Shown here: one piece after another, positions 54,266 to 64,000 of the stretch
Numbering within the stretch: the stretch's first letter is position 1
Layout: every line of letters starts with the position of its first letter
Assembly: GCF_009834535.1 (NCBI RefSeq)
Contig: NC_045697.1
Coordinates: forward strand, 30,134,001-30,198,000
Reading direction: 5' to 3'
Length of the DNA: 64,000 bases
DNA from: Camelus ferus
Lineage: Eukaryota
Position numbers and translations under genes: made by a program
The notes under the pieces: model-generated
Database searches by the model: none
The model's input: only the letters and a program-made list of their open reading frames with translations
Told to the model about the DNA's origin: nothing

Positions 54266-56038
54266 AAAGAAATGACATGAAAAAATTAATCTATATTCAT
54301 TTATTTATGGCTGATAACATGTAACAGGTTCAAATGTTTAGAGTAATTTATATTTTAACAAGGAATCAAGTTTCCCTCAGAAGGCTTAGTCTCTAATGGC
54401 AGCATCTCAAAAACGCAGAGGTCTCTGTCTGGTTAAGGGTCCCCCGTTCTGGTCCACTTCCCAGGTCTCTGCCCCTTCAGCCCCCAGTGAGTCTGGCTCT
54501 GGCCAGAGGGAGGTTGTGGCCACAAGACTAGACCCACCAGAGACAAGAAGAGAGTAAACACACAATCACATTCATTTTTAGAGACAGTATCTTTCTTTAT
54601 GGACAGAGAAGGGCTCTGTGAGTAATTAGCAATAGAACTAAAGATTACTAACTCTCATTGCCCCCACTTTAAGCAATTAGACTGAGTTCTTCATCATGTT
54701 GGAAACTACGCTGAGAGACTCTTGTAACATGGAGGTAATATGCTTGTTTATTTAATTAAGTTATTGAAAATCAGAAATGATATCATACCTACCCTTTCCT
54801 AGCAGTGTAGATCTTTCCCAGAACTTCTAGCTGCAGATTTTTAGTAATTGCATTGCACTAATCAACTAAAATGACCTAGTATAAATGTTAATAAATAAAC
54901 ATAATCATAATCATAATCCTAGACATATTCGGTTGCCAAGGACTTCAAGAAGTCATCGAACCCATCCCTCTGCCTCCAGGCATGCTTTATCGCCCTATCA
55001 ATTCTCAGCAGAAATAATGTCCAAAAATATGTTCTACGTTGGGTTACTTCCTCCCACTTTCTTTATATTTTTTTCAGATATGCTAGTCCAGAAAAAAATG
55101 ACAATTAATTCAAGTTACTTTTGAAAACATTCAAAAAGATTGAGATATTGAGAAATTTGTTTGAAGTAATATATTTAATGGAGCTCCTTTTTTCTATAAA
55201 TGAGGCAATCAGTATACTTTTCACATAAGACCTCCTCAATCTACACATTATTGAATATGATTTAAGTTGTTTGAGGACTGGGTTAAAGGATTTTTTTTTT
55301 AATTTTGTCAACAACCAAATTTTGGCTTTTTTCCATCCAGTTCCACTAGAAGTTAAATATGTTTTGACACATTTAAGAGTTTTTGGATTTGAAAATTTAT
55401 GTAAACTATGTAAGGTAGCTAATACTTGTCTGGGAAATTACTAGAATGATCAAAGAGTTACATACAGTTGAAGTATCTATTTTGTTACACTTAGGACTAA
55501 ATAATTTATGAGAAAAAGTCAAATGATGTATTAAATGATGTCCTTTAATTTTGGTTTTATGAGATTTTCTATAAAGGTAGTTCCTGAATTATCAAGGACC
55601 CTCAAAATAATAAAATAATCTTTTGGTGAGCTCGTCACATGCCCTAAGACCTGCAGAATAATCCCTTCTTTGATAGTCTATAAATTAAGCTCCAACCCAA
55701 AAGCCACAAACATAACAAAGTGTTTATGTTTTCAGAGCTCTGCCACCATCAAAGATGGAAACACATCCTTTTCTCCTTTAGCAGGACAAAGCTCTTTGTC
55801 ATACTCAGGAACTGTCTCCTTCCTGCTCCCATTCCCCTTCACTATGGTCAGTTTGTTGAATGTTGCAGCTAAACCTCTACTGCCTGGAAATTAGTTCTCA
55901 AACCTGGCACTAGCTGTCATAGTTAACACCAGCTGTACACTTTTGCTACCTCACTCCTCAGTCTCAAGCACTGAGAGAGAATTCCACGACAGTGCCTGAG
56001 GAGAAGACTATGCTGATTAAAACCACCAATTCTGAGGT

Positions 56039-56215
56039 GGGGAGGGTATAGCTCAAGTGGTAGAGTGTTTCTTATAGCATGCATGAGGTCCTGGGTTCAA
56101 TCCCCAGCACTTCCTCTAAAAATAAGTAAACCTAGTTACCGCCCCCTACCAAAATAAAATAACTAAGGAATATAATAATAAGTAAAACATAAATCTATTT
56201 CAAAAAGTTTTTTAA
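56039..56215 (+). mobile_element. tRNA-derived SINE (camelid Vic-1-like) with TSD
   Basis: GGGGAGGGTATAGCTCAAGTGGTAGAG..GCATGAGGTCCTGGGTTCAATCCCCAGCAC; TSD AAAA(C/G)CACCAATT(C/T)TGA(G/A)G at 56019-56037 and 56216-56234. Confidence 0.9.
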
Positions 56216-56332
56216 AAAAGCACCAATTTTGAAGTCTGATTCAAAGCCCTCTTTCCCACTCATGAGTTATGTAACCTTGAACAAATTATTTAACCTCCTT
56301 AAGTTTAATAATTTTCATGTATAAAATGGGAT

Positions 56333-56930
56333 TGTGTTAGTCTTTCAGTCATAAGAATCAGAAAAATGAAATCAAACTGGCTTATTAAACACACATGCAC
56401 ACACTGGGATTTCTTAGCTACCATAACAGCGTAACTGTGGGAGCAGAGGAAGAAAACTGAAGAGCCTTTCCAGATGTGGCCAGTTTGAGGGTCTCGAATT
56501 CTGGCATAGGAACTGTTTCTCCCTGTCTGAGTTCTGCTTTTCTCTGTATTGACCAAATTCTCAGCCAAGATCTCCCCCAAAAGGCACAAGATAGCCACAA
56601 TAGCTCCCAATTTCAATCAAAACTGCTTTAATAAACTCAGTAGAAGTGCCTCTTTGCCAAGAGTCCCAGCAAAAGTCCCAGAGTGGCTCTCATTGCCTTT
56701 GATTGGTCCAGCTGGGTCCCAGCCCAACTTTAAACCAACTGCTGTGGCTGGGAAGGTGCATGCTTTCGTTGGCAAGGCTTGGGGTCATCTGCCTACTGCT
56801 GGACTTGGGGATGGAACCAATCTTACCTGGCTACACAGACTGAGTTAGTTCTTGGATGGTTCCTGGAAGAAAAACTGAGTTGCTGCTTGTAGATGAAGGG
56901 ACAGTAGGTATGGGCAAGACCAAAAACAAA
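56333..56930 (-). mobile_element. MaLR LTR (MLT1J/K/L-like) inserted in a MIR
   Basis: TGTGTTAGTCTTTCAGTCATAAGAATCAGAAAA start; MIR halves at ~56235-56332 and ~56965-57080. Confidence 0.6.
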
Positions 56931-58144
56931 ACAAAACTCATCTGTAATTCTCTGCGATAGTGGCTTCATAACACTTACCTTGACCTTACAGGGTTTTTAT
57001 GAGAATTAAACAATAATGCAAAAAGAGCACTTAGCACAGTGCTTGGCACACTGCGAGCACTCCATAACATTAGCTGTTATATTCCTCAGTTAATCTTTGT
57101 GGAATGAATGTTGAAAGTTAGCAAAGGCTCAATGGTAACCACTCTAAGTGGATGGCATTTCATATAGTTAGTGAAGAGCCTTAGAAGAGGGGTGGCGGCT
57201 CACATGCCAAGTCCAGTGGTGACTGCCTGGAGTGCTCTGCTGAGAAGGATTCTGAGGCTGTCTCAGCCCATCAGAAATTAAGTGTCATGCTCAGTTAGGA
57301 ATGCCTTTAGGTCCTTGAGTTCTCTCTTCTGTAATAAAACCTAGTACAAAAAGGCTACTTAGCCCTTTCACTTAACTTTGGATGGGGGAGTTATTAAAAT
57401 ATAGAAGCACATAATAGATTTTCAATCCATATTAGAAAGGTTAATAAGGACCATATCATGTGTGGTTAGAGAAAGAAGAGGGCAGGTACACGCCTTATGT
57501 ACACTTGTAGACTCACTGCCTAGCACACAGTCGAAGCTCAGTCAATATTTTTTTGCATTGAACTGAAAATAATTATGTGATGCTGAAATTATTCCCATGG
57601 AACCCAGAGGATATGGGTAAAATTAAACTTGAGTTGTGTTAATGTTTTGTTCATAGGTTTCAAGTATTTTTGCATATATTTCATGGCATTTATATTAAAT
57701 TCATAAATAAAATATTCCTCTGTGTGAACTCAATAAAGCATTTAAAAATAACAATAAAAACATCCTCCTGCCCTCTTATGTATTTATTGGTAATTTCCCT
57801 GATTTCTCAGCTCCTTAAGACTTAATGAAAGAACTCTTCAGAGTGGCAGGTTAGTGGCAGCCAGTGGTCTGGCCAGTCAGAAAAAGAAAAGACCTCAGAT
57901 GATGTGTGTGCAAGGATCACATGGCTTCAAACAAAACTGCTCTCGTGACCTGTGCCATAGACCACTTCCCATGCAACAGGATGCTCGGTCATGATGTAAT
58001 GAAGCGTGTGCTGGGCTCTCACTACACACTTTGGGGAATGTGTATTACAAAGGCCTGCATTACTGACCACGGAGTGACTCAGGTACAGCTAACACAGGGA
58101 GCTGAGGACGCTGGATATAACACAGGAGGATACCCCCCGGGGAG

Positions 58145-58400
58145 TGTCAAGAACGTGGGTTTTGAAGCCAGACTCAGGTTCAAACTGGGATTTGAATCTG
58201 ACTTTTAATAAGTTACTAAAACCAGGACTTTTAGTAATTTACTTCATCTCTCTAAGCCTCAGTTTTTTCACTTGCAAAATGGAGCTAAAATATATTAATA
58301 ATAAAGAAATGGACTCATAGATGGCTGTGAGAGTAAACAAGATACTAGTCTTCAAAACCTTAGCATATGGCAAGTGCTTAATAAATAGTAGTTATTTGCT
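58145..58400. mobile_element. MIR SINE
   Basis: TTTACTTCATCTCTCTAAGCCTCAGTTTTTTCACTTGCAAAATGG. Confidence 0.8.
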
Positions 58401-60035
58401 ATTATTGTTGTTTTGATTTCAAACCCCAGCTCAGAGGAGGTTAGTGGGGAAAACCATAAATTGAATTTAATTTTGAAGATTAAATTAAATATATGCACAA
58501 ATGTGTGCACACATAACATTGTGGATTATCTGTTGCTATGTTTTACTGTTGAAATATTCTCCAAAATCTCATGCCAAGAATTTCTGAAATTTTACCCCTA
58601 TTAAGGCATGATATAAAAATAGTTCATTTCATTCTCTTTGGAATGCTTTTTGAAGATTTATTCCCTCTCGGATGTCTTAGAGTCCTCTTGTATGCACTGG
58701 GTCAGGATTGAGCAAAAATTCAGCCACATGGTAGTATTTTCTAAAAGGAAATAAAAACATCGAATCACACCACACAGAATGCTCTGTATGTATAAACAAT
58801 GTTACTAAACCCCAGAGATGTCAATAAAATTAATCTACTCAACCCCTGCTTTGTTCCCACTTTCCCTCTTTTATATATTAGGTATATCATGACAGGGTAT
58901 GAGGAGAATTCGTGCTCCCATCACCTGACTGCTGAGCCATAGGTGCATCTGGCCCATGGGCAGGAGCTAACAGAGAAAGGGGATTTAAGAAGAGAAAAAG
59001 AAAGGAACATATTAGAAGCAGCTCCCTGGGGACCAGAAAATGCCTCATCCTGAAAGTGAGAAAAAGCAGGGTACTGCTCTTTGCCGCCAACAAGCTGCAC
59101 ACCCCGGACCAGTCGTTTCAAATAACACTCCTTCGTAAGACATGAATTGGTTCAGGAAGCCTTCTTACACACAAATTCATCCCCAAGACTTCTGATTGCA
59201 ATATTTAACAATTCAGCTTTAAATTGGCCAATTATTTCATCATCAGGTGTAGGCAGAAGTCAATTACAGTGCCTAGCAATCAACCGATGTCCACTTTGCT
59301 CTAAGATCTGAGAGCGTACGCAGGTCCCCGAAGGATTTGAGGCCGAAATAGTTCGCATAAAAAGGAAGCTGCACTTCTACTCCTGAAAGCTCCACACTCA
59401 TCAAGCAAATTAAAAGAAGACCTGAGAGTTAAACTCAGGAAGAAATTTGGTCAAACTGAGATATTAAAAAATGAGGTCATTATAGATGCAAACTGAAATA
59501 ATTCCTCAGACAACTGGCATTTATATCTTCTAATACATCCTCATGGTGACACAGGAAAAAAGCAAAAAAGATTTGGCCAGATTTTTGCTGTTACATTTAT
59601 TTTTGGAATCACTAACACCTACCATTTAGAGAGTACTTCCTTTATGCCAGGCTTTTTACTCATTACTTGATTTAATCCTTCTGACAGTCCTATGACTATG
59701 GTTGCCCCCAGTGAACAAAAAAGAAGCTGAGGCTCAGAAAGACTATATAATGTGCCCACATAGGGCATATATAGAGGGCATTTAATACCCTCATACTTCA
59801 TTACTACATTTTACTATACAAGGCAGAATAAAATATTTCCTATTTTAATTAACCTGTTAATCACCTTTTGAAATAAATGAAAAAGAGAAGTGCTAAAAAT
59901 ATCTTGAACTATATTTTTAATATTGTGCCACTAATATTTATATTTTTACCAGACCTTGAATTCTGATTTTTAAAAATTCAAGATTTGCTAATAATTATCA
60001 CAATAATAGGCAATTTATTAACTACCCACTGTGTA

Positions 60036-60720
60036 TTGGGGTAGGCTAAAATAATGGCCTTTAAAGATGTCAAATTTTAATCCCTGCAACCTGTAAATTT
60101 TAATTTATATGGAAACAATATCTTTGTGGATATGATTAAGATAAGGATCTTGGGGTGGGGAAACTATACTGAATTATCCAGATAGGGCCTAAATGCTATC
60201 ACAGGGATTTTTTTTAATTGAAGTATAGTTGATGTACAGTACTATATGTTACAGGTATACAATATAGTGATACAATTTTTAATGGTTATACTCCATTTAC
60301 AGTTATTATAAAATATTTGATATATTCCTATGTTGTACAATGTATCCAGGTAGCTTATTTCATACCTAATACTTTGTACCTCTCAATTCCCTACCCCTAT
60401 ACTGCCCCTCCCCACTTCCATCTCCCCATGGTCGCCACTAGTTTGTTCTCTCTATGTGAATCATGTGGACTCATAAGAAAGAGGCAGGGGGAGGTTAGGC
60501 AGAGATGAGAGTGATGAGGCCTCAAAAGGCTGGAAAAGGCAGGGAACTGATTCTCCTCTAGAGCCTCCAGAAGGAGTGCAGCCCTGTGACACCTTGATTT
60601 TGACCCAAGGGTAATGGTTTCCAATTTCTGGTCTCCGGAACTGTGAGAGAATAAACTTCTGTTGTTTAAAGGCACCAAGTCTGTGGTGATTTTTACAGCG
60701 GCCCTACGAAACTAATTCAT
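60036..60720 (+). mobile_element. MLT1D-like solo LTR split by an antisense L1 3' end (60208-60458)
   Basis: GGGTAGGCTAAAATAATGGCCTTTAAAGATGTC..ATCAC; L1 TTTTTAATTGAAGTATAGTTGATGTACA..; LTR resumes ATAAGAAAGAGGCAG..AATAAACTTCTGTTGTTTAAAGGCACCAAG. Confidence 0.85.
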
Positions 60721-60737
60721 GTGTCATGCCCTGTGCA

Positions 60738-60738
<1 letters not shown>

Positions 60739-60779
<41 letters not shown>
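60739..60779 (+). repeat. (TG)n microsatellite
   Basis: Direct reading. Confidence 0.95.
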
Positions 60780-60781
<2 letters not shown>

Positions 60782-61914
60782 TCTCTGGTCCTCACACTAA
60801 TGTTATGGAATAAGTATTATATGTTTACCAATGAAGGAAGAGAAGCAGAAAGAGATTACAGAAGCAGACTAAAATCACACAGCAATTATACAGTGGAACT
60901 GGGATTTGAACCCTGCTCTGAACTCCTTCCACTGCCCCCCCTCATTAGTCATTAATACACTTGAAGTGAGTTTAGGTAATAAATACGGGAGGATTGTTGG
61001 AGTTTTATTTATAAAAGGAATTTTGAAACACGTAGAAGTATATTCTTTAAGATCCCAAATTATCTGAGAAGCTGACTGAGATGACATAATCCATAGCGTG
61101 TAATATACACCTACACTCCTACACCAAAGGCCGTGATAAGAAATGCGCTATAACAATTACCCCCCTGGCCAAGAAAATCCCATCCCTGATGGAAAATTTC
61201 TGCAACTTCCCAAAGGAAATGAATAAAAAAGCTCAGGCTAGACCCATCAGCAGTGTTTTTGAACACAGAATTTTTTGAAAAATCATCACTTGACATTGCC
61301 TAAATTCTAAAACAGTCCCAAGTGAAGAAAGAAAGGATAATGTTAACATGGAGCAGTGCTGGTTTCAGGTAATACTAAGAGCTTGTGTGATAGTAGCCCT
61401 GGTTAAATGCTGTTTCTGCCTGAGCCCTCCTGGCAAATAGTTCCTTTCAGCCAGTAAGAAATCAAACACAGAGAAGAAGATACCAGATAAAGAATCAGTG
61501 CCTCAACTAGAATCATCTCATCACCGGTGTTCACAAAAAATCTGTCAGTCTTTTGTTTCATCTATGACTAGATTCAACACACATAGTTTGAAAGCCTATT
61601 ATTTGCAAAGTAATGTGCAAGTTGCTACATTAACAAAAAGACAAGCAATCCTAGAGGAGCTTGCAGGCTACTTATGATCATCACAAGAACCAGCCCCTAC
61701 ACAGCACACGCTACACACCAGTGTTGCTCTAAATGCTTTACATGATTGCATCGTTCAGTCCTCACAACACCCTTATGAGGTATGTTCTATTATTATCACT
61801 CCCATTTTACAAATCAAGGAAACCATGTTTAGCGTGATTAAAATTTCTCCATGGTCTTCTAGCTAATAAACAATTGAGTTAGGATTTAAGCCAGACAGTC
61901 TGGTTAAGAATCCA

Positions 61915-62009
61915 TGTTTGCAGTATTTACAACAGCCAAGATGTGGAAGCAAACTAAATGGCTACCAACAGATGATTGGATAAAGAAGATGTGGTATACA
62001 TATAAATAT

Positions 62010-62072
<63 letters not shown>

Positions 62073-62530
62073 GGAATACTACTCAGCCATAAAAAAGAAT
62101 GGAATAATGCCATTTGCAGCAACATAGATGGATATAGAGATTATCATACTAAGTGAAGTAAGTCAGATAGAGAAAGACAAATACCATATGATATCATTTA
62201 TATGTGTAATCTAAAAAAAAGATACAAATGAACTTATTTACAAAACAGAAACAGACTCATAGACATACAAAACAAACTTATGGCTACCAAGAGGGAAGGT
62301 GGGTAGGGATAAATTGGGAATTTGGGATTAGCAGATACATACTACTATGTATAAAATAGATAAACAACAAGCTCCTACTGTACAGCACAGGGGACTATAT
62401 TCAGTAGCTTGTAATAATCTGTAATGAAAAAAAATACATACATGTATAACTAAATCACTATGCTGTACACCAGAAACTAACACAGCATTGTAAATCAACT
62501 ATACTCCAATTAAAAAAAAAAAAGAAAGAA
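61915..62530 (+). mobile_element. L1 3' end with internal (CA)n (62012-62070)
   Basis: Peptide FTTAKMWKQTKWLPTDDWIKKMWY of the L1 ORF2 C-terminus; 3'UTR and A tail. Confidence 0.9.
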
Positions 62531-63110
62531 ACCCAAGCTTTTAAATTTGTTCAGTACTGGAACCAGGCTAGGGTACAGCTGACCAGAGCATAAAATGGGG
62601 AGAGATAATGGTCATAAGAAATATATATGAAAGTAACCTCAATGTTCATAGAAAACTGCACCATATCATCCTCCTCAAGCTTTATTACCTTTCTTTCACT
62701 TCAAGCACATTGAACACAAAAACCAAGCTCTTGTGGCTCAGGGCCTTTGAATTATGTCCACCTGGAATTATTTTTAAGTATGTTAGAATTAATTTAATTA
62801 CATTTAATTTAATTAAGATATAACCATATTGACTTTGTTGTTTATAATAATTAGGACTTTTGTTTATTATTTATTAATTATAATTATTTTACTTGTTTGT
62901 TTAGTAGTTTATTTGTCCGTTTTCATCATTGGATTCCATCTCCATGAAGGCAGGGCATACCTCCATTGTGTTCAGCAATGAATCCTGAATGACTGTCACA
63001 TAGCAGGTGTTAAATTCAAGTTTGTTACTGTCGCATGGGTGTGGGGAACTTAGAAAACCTTCATATAAGTGGTAGTTTTGAAGTTGGCTTTAAAAGTTGG
63101 CTAAGACTTT

Positions 63111-63704
63111 GTTTTAATTGAAGTATAGTTGATTTACAATGTGTTAATTTCTGGTGTACAGCATAGTGGTTCAGTTGTACACATATATACATATATTCCT
63201 TTTCATATTCTTTTTTATTATAGGCTACTACAAAGATATTGAATATAGTTCCCTGTGATATACAGTAAGACCTTGTTGTTTATCTATTTTACATGTATTA
63301 GTTAGTATCTGCAAATCCCAAACTCCCATTTTATTCCTCCCCACCCCCTTTCCCCTGGTAACCATGTTTGTTATCTATGTCTGTGAGTCTGTTTCTGTCT
63401 TATAAATAAGTTCATTTGTGTCATTCTTCTAGATTCCACATATGAGTGACATCATATGGTATTTTTCTTTCTCTTTCTGGCTTATTTCACTTAGTATGAC
63501 AATCTCCAGGTGTATCCATGTTGCTGCAAATGAAAGAATGAAAAAAATGTTCATTCTTTTTTATGGCTGAGTAGTATTCTATAGTACACATACACTACAA
63601 CTTCTTTAATCATCTGTTGATGGACACTTATGTTGCTTCCATGTCTTGGCTATTGTAAATAGTGCTGCTATGAACACTGGAGTGCAGGTGTCCTTTCAAT
63701 TTAG
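63111..63704 (-). mobile_element. Camelid-type L1 3' end with TSD
   Basis: Antisense TTGAAGTATAGTTGATTTACAATG..; TSD GGCTAAGA(C/T)TTT at 63099-63110 and 63705-63716. Confidence 0.9.
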
Positions 63705-64000
63705 GGCTAAGATTTTAACTTGTGGAGTTGAGGGGGAAGGAGGTTCAGGCTGGAGGAAGCAGCATCAAATCTCCCTAATGTGGTTATTATCAGGCTTCAG
63801 TGAGAACATGTACGTGAAACACTTTATAAAGACTTGTGCATTTTTGCAGCAGTGGACTGGTAAGACTGAAAAATAGGACGATGTCTTCTGTAAACATTTA
63901 ATCGTCATTAACAGATGAGGAAACTAAGAGGCCGAAAGGTAAAGTCACTTACCCGAGCTGGCCACAGCTGGTGAGTGGCAGAAGCCAGGGTCTGTACTTA

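Noticed and set aside
56039..56112. tRNA-like sequence (also 48899-48970)
   Set aside because: A/B boxes are followed by a SINE body, A tail and TSD, so these are SINEs rather than tRNA genes

Overview
Mammalian (eutherian) genomic DNA, most likely a camelid, judged from Vic-1-like tRNA-derived SINEs and camelid-type L1 3' ends. The only intact protein-coding gene I can support is PHOX2B on the minus strand. It has three coding exons (38876-39116, 37790-37977, 36305-36820; 945 nt = 314 aa + stop), canonical GT-AG introns, 9-Ala and 20-Ala tracts, a ~1.7 kb 3'UTR ending near an AATAAA at 34614-34619, and CpG islands over the gene and upstream. About 17 kb beyond the PHOX2B 3' end lies a solitary, frameshifted, 3'-truncated OR5M-like olfactory receptor pseudogene. 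The rest is intergenic DNA rich in L1, L2, MIR, CR1/L3, MaLR LTRs, hAT-Charlie fossils and microsatellites. I found no convincing undescribed biological system. The best second-look items are candidate regulatory architecture around PHOX2B (P3 homeodomain sites, a repeated GTTTTATTGC/GATA cluster, a uORF, a 3'UTR G-quadruplex), the orphan OR pseudogene, and a twin-primed L1 with target-site duplications (TSDs). Repeat subfamily names and boundaries are by-eye estimates.
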